This document shows, piece by piece, positions 1 to 8,061 of a stretch of 39,474 nt of DNA. Below the pieces are notes generated by a model. The model saw only the letters and a program-made list of their open reading frames with translations, was not told the DNA's origin and did not search any database. Both the position numbers and the translations under genes were made by a program. The first letter of the stretch is position 1. Each line of letters starts with the position of its first letter. The DNA lies in contig CAZSWH010000001.1 of the NCBI GenBank assembly GCA_964611235.1, positions 1-39,474 on the forward strand. Reading direction: 5' to 3'. The stretch comes from Candidatus Woesearchaeota archaeon (GTDB taxonomy: Archaea; Nanobdellota; Nanobdellia; Pacearchaeales; GW2011-AR1).

Positions 1-60
1 TAGAATCTTAGAGACCTCATTAGACATTTCTTTGTAGCTTTTTGTTTTAATAATTTTCAT
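1..60 (-). CDS. First 20 codons of a gene that runs off the window; the N-terminus resembles NagB/6-phosphogluconolactonase-family sugar-phosphate enzymes
   Basis: ATG at 60..58 overlaps the pgk stop (59..57) as ATGA. Translation is MKIIKTKSYKEMSNEVSKIL. The family call rests only on N-terminal resemblance. Confidence 0.3.
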   Translation of the reverse strand, partial: MKIIKTKSYKEMSNEVSKIL

Positions 61-1190
61 TTCAATACATCCAAACCTGGAAGGTTTTCTCCAGCAATAT
101 AATTTAGCAATGCCCCTCCAGATAGACTTATGTGATTAAATTTACTTTTATTTATTCGTGAATTGTTAATTGCATCGCTCAAATGCCCTCCTCCAATAAC
201 AGAAAATGCTTTTGAATTTGCAATTGTTTTTAAAATTGAAAAAGTTCCTTTTTGAAAATGTTTATCAGAACAATCTCCTGCAGGTCCTTTCATATACACT
301 ACTTTTGCCTTATTTATTTCTCCACTAAATAACTTTATGGTGTTTTCTCCTATATCAAAAATCTCATATTCCGACGGAAAATCGGTTAAATCTAACTCCT
401 TTCTTTTTTCATTTACTTTCACAGCAAAATCAACAGGGGTGATAATATTTTTCATTTTCTTCTTTAACCTTCTAATTATCTCATCAAAATCTTTTATCTG
501 GTTTCTGAGATAGTTTTCCTGTTCCCCTATATTTTTTCCTTTAGCGATTAAACACATCTGTCCGAATAGCCCACACGCGAGAATTCTATTTCCTTTTAAT
601 AATTTAATGTTATCCAATGGTTTCGCCCCGGCTAAGATATATAAACAATTTTTAATTCTCAATTTTTCCAAGGTTTTTACTTCTTTTTCTAAAAGTCTTC
701 CTGCACAACTTTTCAGATATTTTGGAAAAAGAACAATTGAGGTTTGATTTCTGTGGCAAACTGAAAATGCATCATTAACATAAATCTCTGCATACTCTGT
801 GAGTTTCAATAATTTATTATTCTTTTTCTCAGGAGCAAACTCATCTTTTTCAAATCTAACATTTTCAAGAAGAATTGCTTCTTGAGGTTTCAATTTTTTT
901 ATCTCTGAAATTACTTTTTTCCCAAGAATATCGTCTATAAATTTTATTTTGACATATTTGTTTAATAATTTTGCGTGTTGTTTTAATGAAATAAAATCTT
1001 TTTTTCCTTGACTGCCTTGGTGTGCAATAACTACGACTTTCGCCTTTTTCTTTTTTAATTCTGAAATTGTCCTCGCTGATTCTTTTATTCTTTCAGAAGA
1101 AATTATTTTTCCATTTACCACATCAGAATTTAAATCAGAACGAAGGAGTGTAATTTTGTTCTTAAAATTAAAGTCAGAGATTGTTTTCAT
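57..1190 (-). CDS. pgk: phosphoglycerate kinase (archaeal-type)
   Basis: 377-aa ORF. The N-terminal LRSDLNS..V.NGKI...ERI......TI.EL...KAKVVVIAHQG pattern and the C-terminal GGG...DAI / SLSGGALL pattern are typical of PGK. The start overlaps the upstream stop as ATGA. Confidence 0.9.
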   Translation of the reverse strand: MKTISDFNFKNKITLLRSDLNSDVVNGKIISSERIKESARTISELKKKKAKVVVIAHQGSQGKKDFISLKQHAKLLNKYVKIKFIDDILGKKVISEIKKLKPQEAILLENVRFEKDEFAPEKKNNKLLKLTEYAEIYVNDAFSVCHRNQTSIVLFPKYLKSCAGRLLEKEVKTLEKLRIKNCLYILAGAKPLDNIKLLKGNRILACGLFGQMCLIAKGKNIGEQENYLRNQIKDFDEIIRRLKKKMKNIITPVDFAVKVNEKRKELDLTDFPSEYEIFDIGENTIKLFSGEINKAKVVYMKGPAGDCSDKHFQKGTFSILKTIANSKAFSVIGGGHLSDAINNSRINKSKFNHISLSGGALLNYIAGENLPGLDVLK

Positions 1191-2110
1191 TTCTTACCAA
1201 ATTTATTTATATAATCAATCGCTGCAATAGATGCTTTGGCACCTTCCCCTGCCGCAACAATTATCTGCTTGTCAGGAATATCTGTGCAATCTCCTGCTGC
1301 AAATATTCCAGTAATACTTGTCATATTTTCCTCTCGCGTTTTGGTACTGCGGAAAATCATTATCTCCCCCCATTTATTCTTCTTAACTTCTGTAAAATTT
1401 GCTTTACTAATCAACCCAACTTCAACAAAAATTCCATCTAATTTTAATTTTTTTTCAATACCCTCTTGTTCATATTTGATTTCATTTACAGAATTGTTTC
1501 CAAGAATTTCTTTTATTTTAACATCTAATATTGGTTTTATTTTTCTGTTTCCAAGAACTTTGTCCATTAAATAATTTTCTCCTCCTAGTTTTTTCATTAA
1601 ATCTAAGATGTAAACTTTTTTTGCGTATTTTTCTAAGAATAAAGCTGCTTCTAATCCCGAGTTTCCCCCACCAACAACTGCAACTACTTTGCCTTTAAAG
1701 GAAGGTGCATGACAAGTTGCGCAATAGTTAACTCCTTTCCCTAAGAATTTTTCTTCCCCCGGAACTCCTAATTTTTTAGGTTTTTTCCCAGAAGCAATAA
1801 TAACCGCTTTACTTTGATAAATATTCTTTTCTGTTTTTGTTACACAAATTTTTCCTTTTTTAGATAATTTCAATACTTCTTCTTGTTTTATTTTTATTTT
1901 ATAATCTTTTATATGTTCTTGGAATTTTTCAACAAGAGAAATACCTGTTTGGTTTGGAACTCCTGGATAGTTATCAACTTCAGAACTCCAGACAACCTGT
2001 CCACCAATGTCCAGAGTAACAATCAAAAATTTTAATTTTCTTCTTGCTGCATAAATCCCTGCAGAAATCCCTGCAGGACCTCCCCCAATTATTATTAAAT
2101 CGTAAATCAT
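1187..2110 (-). CDS. trxB: thioredoxin-reductase-family flavoprotein (atypical pyridine-nucleotide site)
   Basis: Has the IIGGGPAG FAD motif, a CATC redox-active dithiol, a second VVGGGNSGLEAALFL Rossmann motif and a C-terminal GIFAAGDC. The HRRxxxR NADPH motif is replaced by LDLMKKLGG. Confidence 0.85.
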   Translation of the reverse strand: MIYDLIIIGGGPAGISAGIYAARRKLKFLIVTLDIGGQVVWSSEVDNYPGVPNQTGISLVEKFQEHIKDYKIKIKQEEVLKLSKKGKICVTKTEKNIYQSKAVIIASGKKPKKLGVPGEEKFLGKGVNYCATCHAPSFKGKVVAVVGGGNSGLEAALFLEKYAKKVYILDLMKKLGGENYLMDKVLGNRKIKPILDVKIKEILGNNSVNEIKYEQEGIEKKLKLDGIFVEVGLISKANFTEVKKNKWGEIMIFRSTKTREENMTSITGIFAAGDCTDIPDKQIIVAAGEGAKASIAAIDYINKFGKK

Positions 2111-2153
2111 TTTCCTCTTTATAAAACGAAGAAATTATCCTTAATAAATTTTA

Positions 2154-3134
2154 TTACAATCTCTCCACCAAATCAACCAATCTACAACTATAACCATATT
2201 CATTGTCATACCATGCAAATACTTTCACTAAATTTTCATTGACTTGTGTCAGAGTTGAGTCAAAAATTGAGGAATTGGAATTTTTAATTACATCACTGGA
2301 AACAATTTCGTCCTTGCTGTATTGTAATATTCCTTTCATTTTTCCAGAAGCCAATTTTTTTATAGAATTGTTTATTTCCTTTACTGAAGTTTTTTTGTTT
2401 AGTTCGGCAACGAAATCCACGATGCTTCCACAGGAGATAGGGGCGCGAATTGCAAGCCCATCTAATTTTCCTTTTAGTTCAGGAATAACTTCTGCTACTG
2501 CTGTTGTTGCTCCTGAAGTCGTTGGTATAAAATTCACTGCTCCTGCTCTCCCTCTTCTTAATTTTTTGTGTGCAGTGTCAAGAATTCTCTGGTCATTTGT
2601 GTATGCGTGAATTGTCGTCATAAAACCTTTTTTTATGCCAAAATCGTCGCTAAGGATTTTCGCGATAGGAGCAAGACAGTTAGTTGTGCAGGACGCCATT
2701 GAGATTATCTTGTGCTCTTTTTTTAAATCGTTTTCGTTTACTCCCAAGACAATTGTCACATCAGGGGATTTAGCTGGAGCTGATATAAGAACTTTCTTTG
2801 CTCCTGCATCAAGATGTTTTTGAGCACCTTCTTTGTCTGTAAATCTTCCTGTAGATTCAATTACAACATCTATTTTTAACTTTTTCCAAGGAATAGATTC
2901 TGGGTCAGGTTCATTGAATATTTTAATTTTCTTTCCATCAACCTTTAGAAAATCTTTCCCGATTTCAACTTTCTTTTCATAAAGCCCATAAACAGAGTCA
3001 TATTTCAAAAGATAAGCAAGATTTTCAATAGGGATTAAATCATTTATTGCGACGATATTTATATTCTTCTCTAAACATAATTTTAAAACTACCTTGCCAA
3101 TTCTCCCAAACCCATTAATCGCTACATTCACCAT
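2154..3134 (-). CDS. gap: glyceraldehyde-3-phosphate dehydrogenase, class I (bacterial/eukaryotic type)
   Basis: Has INGFGRIG at the N-terminus, the active site SCTTNCLAP, and a WYDNEYGYS C-terminal motif. Length is 326 aa. Confidence 0.92.
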   Translation of the reverse strand: MVNVAINGFGRIGKVVLKLCLEKNINIVAINDLIPIENLAYLLKYDSVYGLYEKKVEIGKDFLKVDGKKIKIFNEPDPESIPWKKLKIDVVIESTGRFTDKEGAQKHLDAGAKKVLISAPAKSPDVTIVLGVNENDLKKEHKIISMASCTTNCLAPIAKILSDDFGIKKGFMTTIHAYTNDQRILDTAHKKLRRGRAGAVNFIPTTSGATTAVAEVIPELKGKLDGLAIRAPISCGSIVDFVAELNKKTSVKEINNSIKKLASGKMKGILQYSKDEIVSSDVIKNSNSSIFDSTLTQVNENLVKVFAWYDNEYGYSCRLVDLVERL

Positions 3135-3157
3135 CTTTTAATTATTAATCTCAAGGA

Positions 3158-3169
3158 TTATTTAAAGTT
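3158..3169 (-). promoter_or_regulatory. TATA-like box for the gap operon
   Basis: The minus strand reads AACTTTAAATAA, centred about 29 nt upstream of the gap ATG (3134). A nearly identical TTTAAAGTTATCT string lies upstream of the 19606..20367 gene. Confidence 0.4.
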
Positions 3170-3407
3170 ATCTTTGCCTCTAATAAAATATGCAACAATA
3201 GTTTTATTTCCCTTGTCAATTTTTCTTTTTTCTAAAATAAATGATTTGTTTTTAAGAAAGATTCTCCAATAATTTTTAATTCCTCTTATTAAATAATCCC
3301 TACCTTATAGATCTTTTCTCCTCTTTCTATAAACAATCTTCCCAGATCTTTAATGTTCTAATAGACAAATGACATAACTTATTTAAACTATCAAATTATA
3401 AAATTAT

Positions 3408-4154
3408 ATGTTTAAAAGAGGTTTAATGTTAAATATTAAAGGTTCAGGACATTTGGAGATAATACTTTCTTTTGTCTTTTTTGTTGGGTTTGTATTTTTT
3501 ATTTTTTTATTTTTAAAACCTTATGACACAAAATCAATGCCAGAATCTCTAATGAGAGGTCTTGCAGATTCTTTTGAAAAGAATACTTCAACAAACTTGA
3601 CAACATTTTTTTTAGAAGCAAATTATACTTCTTTTCCTCCAAATATGAGTTGTTTTTCTATTAATCTATCTAATGAAATTGATTTTTTTAAAATGGGTTT
3701 TAGCAATTCTTTTGTTGAAAATCTCTCAGATAATGAAGTTAGTTCAAGTTTAAGTTCTGATGGAATATTAAAAATCTCAAAAGGTTTGGGGAATTTGAAT
3801 GAAAGTTATTTTAAAATTTCTATTTCCCCTGAGTTTGAAGATGAAATTTTAGATCCTTCCTGCATGGAATTAGACGATTATAAAATAGGAAGTGTTTTGA
3901 ATAGAAAAGTTTTATCTTATAATTCCTTAATTAATTTAAACAAAAGTTATTCAGATAATTATGAAGGATTTAAACAAGATTTAGGAATCCCGAAAGTATT
4001 TGATTTTGCGATTGTCTCTAAAGATTTGCCGGAAATTAATATGAATAGAGCATCTCCACCCTCAGCAGAAGTCTTTGTATGTAATTATTATTTTAAAGTC
4101 CTGAAATCAAATGGAAATATAATAAATGCAGAATTTACTTTGAAGATATGGTAA
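3408..4154 (+). CDS. hypothetical membrane-anchored/secreted protein with a class III-like signal peptide
   Basis: 248-aa ORF. The N-terminus MFKRGLMLNIKGSGHLEIILSFVFFVGFVFFIFLFL has a short basic head followed by a long hydrophobic helix. The remainder is Ser/Asn-rich with N-x-S/T sites. Confidence 0.55.
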   Translation: MFKRGLMLNIKGSGHLEIILSFVFFVGFVFFIFLFLKPYDTKSMPESLMRGLADSFEKNTSTNLTTFFLEANYTSFPPNMSCFSINLSNEIDFFKMGFSNSFVENLSDNEVSSSLSSDGILKISKGLGNLNESYFKISISPEFEDEILDPSCMELDDYKIGSVLNRKVLSYNSLINLNKSYSDNYEGFKQDLGIPKVFDFAIVSKDLPEINMNRASPPSAEVFVCNYYFKVLKSNGNIINAEFTLKIW

Positions 4155-4187
4155 ATAAAATATTGGAGGCAGATAAGAAAGATTGTG
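4148..4187 (+). repeat. direct repeat copy 1 (40 nt, perfect)
   Basis: ATGGTAAATAAAATATTGGAGGCAGATAAGAAAGATTGTG. It includes the stop codon of the 3408..4154 ORF. The identical string recurs at 4239..4278. Confidence 0.95.
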
Positions 4188-4208
4188 CAATGGCAGAGCC
4201 CTTGCGAA

Positions 4209-4236
4209 GTAAAAACTTTTCGTCTGATGTTTTTAC
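4209..4236 (+). other. hairpin between the two repeat copies
   Basis: GTAAAAAC (4209..4216) pairs with GTTTTTAC (4229..4236): a perfect 8-bp stem with a 12-nt loop. Confidence 0.6.
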
Positions 4237-4238
4237 TA

Positions 4239-4278
4239 ATGGTAAATAAAATATTGGAGGCAGATAAGAAAGATTGTG
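4239..4278 (+). repeat. direct repeat copy 2 (40 nt, perfect)
   Basis: Identical to 4148..4187. It is followed directly by a second hairpin, GAACTGA-ACAAG-TCAGTTC (4278..4296), and then the 4319 ATG. Confidence 0.95.
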
Positions 4279-4318
4279 AACTGAACAAGTCAGTTCTAAT
4301 CAAATCTGCGATTTGCTA

Positions 4319-4732
4319 ATGAATAAAAAAGGGTGGATAAAAATTTTAGAAGCAACAGTGGCGATTTTAATCATCAGCAGTGTTTTGATTATGGTTTATT
4401 CTGGACAGCCAAAAAGAGTAGATATAGATAAAGAAGTTTCTGGTTTGCAAAAAAAAATATTGATGGATATATCTTCTGATAGTGATTTAAGGTCAGATGT
4501 CCTAAATGAAACTTATGGCAATCTTATAAATTATGTAGAAACAAAGATGCCTCTTTATTTAAATTTTTCTTTAAAGATTTGTAATCTGTCAATTTATACA
4601 CCTTGTAAAATTAATGACGATATATTTATTGCAACAGCAGACAAAGAAATATTTGTTGAAGAGACAGTTATCTCTACTGATTTAATAGAGTATGACCCAA
4701 AAAAAGTCAGACTTTTTGTCTGGAGAAAATAG
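4319..4732 (+). CDS. type IV pilin-like protein (class III signal peptide)
   Basis: MNKKGWIKILEATVAILIISSVLIMVY N-terminus. ATG at 4319 is preferred over the TTG at 4313 given in the ORF track. Confidence 0.6.
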   Translation: MNKKGWIKILEATVAILIISSVLIMVYSGQPKRVDIDKEVSGLQKKILMDISSDSDLRSDVLNETYGNLINYVETKMPLYLNFSLKICNLSIYTPCKINDDIFIATADKEIFVEETVISTDLIEYDPKKVRLFVWRK

Positions 4733-4735
4733 AGA

Positions 4736-6016
4736 TTATTCCCTCAATCTATCTGAAAATTCGCCTGAAATATTTTCAAGCATTTTTTCTCTGATTTTTA
4801 TTTTGTCTTTTGCCCACGCCTTATGACCGAGAACCCAAGCAAGTTTTACAAAAGCAGTTTCTGGGAGAATATCCTCAAGAAAGATTATTCCTGTTTTCTT
4901 CAATTCTCTCCCAGCCGAATAAATATTAGGATTTAATCTCCCATAAATCGTTTGTGGAGCCGCACAGAGCGTCATTCCGTTTTCAATTGCTTTTCTAATT
5001 TTAGGAAGCCAATTAAATTTTGATTCCCCAGACGGAACCTGTCCAATCCCTGTGATTTCAAAAACAATCCCTAAATATTTTTCTTTTTTATAATATTCAA
5101 TTATTGCGGGGTCTTGCCCAGGGTAAATTTTAATAAGGGCTACCTTTTCAGAATATTTAGGGTCAAAATTTATTTTTGTATCATTTCTTCTTGCATTAAA
5201 GCTTTTTAAAATTCTAAAATTATCTTTGGAGATCTCTGAAAAAGGTTCGCTATTAATAATTTTAAAAGCGTCTCTTCTTGAAGTGTGCATTTTTCGGACT
5301 TTCGTGCCAGGCATCGCGAGACAATATTTGTCATTTAAATCTTTATGCCCAATTAGTGATATTTCTGCAATATCTGAAACAGCGTATTTTGCAGAGCAAA
5401 TTAAATTCAAAGCAGCGTCGGTAGAACCCCTATCTATTGAACGCTGAGAATATGTTAAAGCGATGGGTTTATTTATTTTCTGAAGGAAAAATGAAAGTGC
5501 TGAAGAGGTATAATGCAAAAAGTCTGTTCCATGAGTTATTATTATTCCATCCACATTCTTTTCCTTAAGGAGAGATTTACAAACCTCTGCGATTTTTTTC
5601 CAATCTGAAAAAGACATATTTTCAGACCATTTCATAAATGGCTTTTCAATCCTTACAATATTGCATATATCTTTTATTTCAGGAGCAATATTAAATATTT
5701 CTTCTGCATCTGTTGATATGACTCCCCCTGTTTTTGGGTCAAGCCTTGAAGAAATTGTTCCACCAGTAATTATTATTGCAACATTTCTTAATTTCTCGTT
5801 TTCCTTTAATTCAATTTTTTTCTTTTCCTTCGGCTTTGGGATCTCAACAATCTCAGCGCCCAGAATTTCTGACTCACGAATTCCGATATTATATCCTGAA
5901 TTAAGTTTTAAAAGAATTATTTCTGGGGTGTAACTTTCTAAAATAGCTCCAGAGAACTGTCTTTCTCTTGTCTTGATGATAACCTTGTCTCCTATATTAA
6001 ATTCTTTAATTTTCAT
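4736..6016 (-). CDS. gatD: Glu-tRNA(Gln) amidotransferase subunit D
   Basis: 426 aa. An N-terminal extension precedes an asparaginase-type core with the IIITGGTISS and ITHGTDFLHYT motifs. Confidence 0.88.
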   Translation of the reverse strand: MKIKEFNIGDKVIIKTRERQFSGAILESYTPEIILLKLNSGYNIGIRESEILGAEIVEIPKPKEKKKIELKENEKLRNVAIIITGGTISSRLDPKTGGVISTDAEEIFNIAPEIKDICNIVRIEKPFMKWSENMSFSDWKKIAEVCKSLLKEKNVDGIIITHGTDFLHYTSSALSFFLQKINKPIALTYSQRSIDRGSTDAALNLICSAKYAVSDIAEISLIGHKDLNDKYCLAMPGTKVRKMHTSRRDAFKIINSEPFSEISKDNFRILKSFNARRNDTKINFDPKYSEKVALIKIYPGQDPAIIEYYKKEKYLGIVFEITGIGQVPSGESKFNWLPKIRKAIENGMTLCAAPQTIYGRLNPNIYSAGRELKKTGIIFLEDILPETAFVKLAWVLGHKAWAKDKIKIREKMLENISGEFSDRLRE

Positions 6017-6227
6017 TTTTCAACTCTTGCAGTTTTAATTTCCAATCTTCCAAAGTTAATCTTACAACATCATCCTCCTGAATTAACTTATTATTTATTA
6101 ATTTTAATAAAAGATAAGGGGCTGCACATTGCTCGCACTTTGTTAATTTACCAAACTTACAATAACCTTTTTCTTCCCATAACTTTAAACAAAATTCTAA
6201 TTCATGAATTAATTGCTGTTTGTCCAT
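6006..6227 (-). CDS. small Cys-containing hypothetical protein
   Basis: 73 aa, starting at the internal ATG at 6227 (MDKQQLIHELEFCLKLWEEKGYCKFGKLTKCEQCAAPY...). Its 3' end overlaps the gatD start by 11 nt. The longer track start at 6293 would overlap the divergent gatB-like start. Confidence 0.45.
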   Translation of the reverse strand: MDKQQLIHELEFCLKLWEEKGYCKFGKLTKCEQCAAPYLLLKLINNKLIQEDDVVRLTLEDWKLKLQELKNEN

Positions 6228-6287
6228 GCTAATGGGAAGAATTGGAAGTATAAAAAACTTATTAAATGTCAGTAATCTATTTAATCT

Positions 6288-7685
6288 ATGCAAAAAGAAG
6301 GAAAAAATTTTCCAATAAAAATTGGGCTAGAAGTTCATGGCTATCTTAACACTAAAGAAAAACTTTTTTGCAAGTGCAAGGTTTCAGAAGATGATTTGCC
6401 TAATATAAATGTCTGTCCTATCTGCACAGGTCAGCCAGGGAGCAAACCTATGGCACCAAATGAATCAGCTGTCAATAAATTAATCCAAATAGCTTTAATC
6501 CTCAAATCAAAGATAAATAAAAATTGGACTTGGCAGAGAAAACATTATAATTGGGCGGATTTGCCGAAAGGTTATCAGAACACAATTTCTGGACCTCACT
6601 CAACACCCTGTGCAGTTGGAGGAAAATTTAAAGGGATAAATATTGCAGAAGCGCATTTGGAAGAAGACCCTGCACAATGGAATCCTGAAAACGGGAAAAT
6701 AAATTATAACCGAAGCGGTTTTCCTTTAATAGAAATTGTGACAGAGCCAGAATTTTCATCAGCAGAACAAGTTGTAGAATGGTTGAAGGCTCTTATTCTT
6801 TTTTTGTTGTATATAAAATCTATAAGAAAAAACGCAGGGATAAAAGTTGATGTTAATGTTTCTACTTATGGCGACAGAGTTGAAATGAAAAACTTAAATT
6901 CTCTAGAAAAAATCCATAAGGCTATAGATTATGAAATTGCAAGGCAAAGTGAAAATTATAAAGAAAAAATTGAGCAAAAAAGAGAAACTTTGACTTTTGA
7001 TGAAAAACTTGGCAGGACAATTAAAATGAGGGAGAAAGAAGGAGCCGCAGACTATCGTTTTATTCCAGATCCTGACCTCCCTATTTTAAAAATAAATGAA
7101 AAAAAAATAAATGAAATGAAAAAAAAATTACCTGAAATGCCTGACAAGAAATTGGGTAAGTTAATTTCTAAATTTAAGATTAAAGAGAAGGATGCTAAAA
7201 TTCTTACGAAGAATCTCGAGCTTGTTGAGTTTGTTGAAGAACTCATTAATGAAAATATTAACATCAGAGATGATATATCTTGGATAACAATTGAACTTCT
7301 GAGAATTCTTAATTACAACAAGAAAACTCTTGAAGACGAAGACGTTGACATAAAACCATTGCATTTATCTGAATTGATAAAACTAGTAAATTCAAAAAAG
7401 ATAACTGTCCTGAAAGCAAAACAGATAATGAATGATTTCATCCCAAAAAGTTTTTCAGTAAAAGAGAAAGGTGACATAGATAAAATAAATGACGAGGCAG
7501 TAGGGAATTTATGCAGACAAGTTATTGATGAAAACCCGCGCATTGTTGAAGAATACAAAAATGGCAAAGAAGCGAGTTTGAATTTCCTAATAGGGCAAGT
7601 TATGAAATTATCAGGGAGAAGGGCGGACTTTAAAGTTGCGAGGGAGAAATTACTGGAGTTGATTAATTCTTTTAGAAAATTTTAA
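6288..7685 (+). CDS. Asp/Glu-tRNA amidotransferase subunit, GatB/GatE family (GatB-like in length and motifs)
   Basis: Motifs seen: GLEVHGYL, CPICTGQPGSKP, RKHYNWADLPKGYQNT, HLEEDPAQ, YNRSGFPLIEIVTEP, VDVNVS, MKNLNS, DYRFIPDPDLP, and a C-terminal YqeY-like LIGQVMKLSGRRAD. Length is 465 aa. Confidence 0.85.
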   Translation: MQKEGKNFPIKIGLEVHGYLNTKEKLFCKCKVSEDDLPNINVCPICTGQPGSKPMAPNESAVNKLIQIALILKSKINKNWTWQRKHYNWADLPKGYQNTISGPHSTPCAVGGKFKGINIAEAHLEEDPAQWNPENGKINYNRSGFPLIEIVTEPEFSSAEQVVEWLKALILFLLYIKSIRKNAGIKVDVNVSTYGDRVEMKNLNSLEKIHKAIDYEIARQSENYKEKIEQKRETLTFDEKLGRTIKMREKEGAADYRFIPDPDLPILKINEKKINEMKKKLPEMPDKKLGKLISKFKIKEKDAKILTKNLELVEFVEELINENINIRDDISWITIELLRILNYNKKTLEDEDVDIKPLHLSELIKLVNSKKITVLKAKQIMNDFIPKSFSVKEKGDIDKINDEAVGNLCRQVIDENPRIVEEYKNGKEASLNFLIGQVMKLSGRRADFKVAREKLLELINSFRKF

Positions 7686-7752
7686 TCCTTAGCATATTAA
7701 TAAGTTAACTGTTGGGAGATAGGTTTTTAAGTTTTAGAATTATCTTGTTTTT

Positions 7753-8022
7753 ATGAAATTTGAATTGGAAGATTTAGAAAAAGATTATGAGATTAATTTT
7801 GAGGAAATTGTTGAGAAAATAAAAAGCTCAGGGGCTAAATCTGTTTTGCTTCAGTTTCCCGACGGATTAAAACCATGGGCAGTTCCTATTGTAGAATTTC
7901 TTGAAAGAAAAACGAATACTCATATAAAAATTTGGCTTGGCTCGTGTTTCGGTTCTTGTGATATCCCAAAATCTGACTACGACTTGCTCGTTCAGTTCGG
8001 GCACGCAGAATGGAATGGTTAA
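7753..8022 (+). pseudogene. dph2: truncated diphthamide synthase Dph2 (N-terminal 89 codons only)
   Basis: VLLQFPDGLK, GSCFGSCD and LVQFGHA match the N-terminal part of archaeal Dph2. The ORF stops right after GHAEWNG, and no continuation is visible in any frame of the next 225 nt. Confidence 0.7.
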
Positions 8023-8061
8023 ATAAACTTTTTTAATTTCAACTAAAACTATTTCAACACA

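Noticed and set aside
1181-2610. Plus-strand ORFs (86, 112 and 135 aa) inside the trxB-like and gap genes. Similar antisense ORFs occur at 5226..5933, 7052..7567, 9541..12144, 15095..16648, 17845..18465, 26186..27602, 28426..28716, 30125..30376, 31539..32953, 33517..34065, 36729..36959 and 38631..38867.
   Set aside because: All lie antisense to, or out of frame within, well-supported genes. Their products are low-complexity Ser/Phe/Ile/Leu-rich, as expected for shadow ORFs in AT-rich DNA.
4148-4278. Possible mini-CRISPR array (40-nt repeats with a 51-nt spacer)
   Set aside because: There are only two repeat copies. The repeat overlaps a CDS stop codon, the spacer itself forms a hairpin, and no cas genes or leader occur anywhere in the window.
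4088-4303. 71-aa minus-strand ORF from the track
   Set aside because: It spans both copies of the 40-nt repeat and the 3' end of the 3408..4154 CDS. It has low-complexity hydrophobic composition and no upstream signals, so it is most likely a shadow ORF.
6288-7685. Calling this ORF gatE because it neighbours gatD
   Set aside because: It is 465 aa, while GatE is much longer and has an inserted domain. It carries GatB-type LPKGYQ and CP.C.G.PG strings. I left it as GatB/E family, GatB-like.
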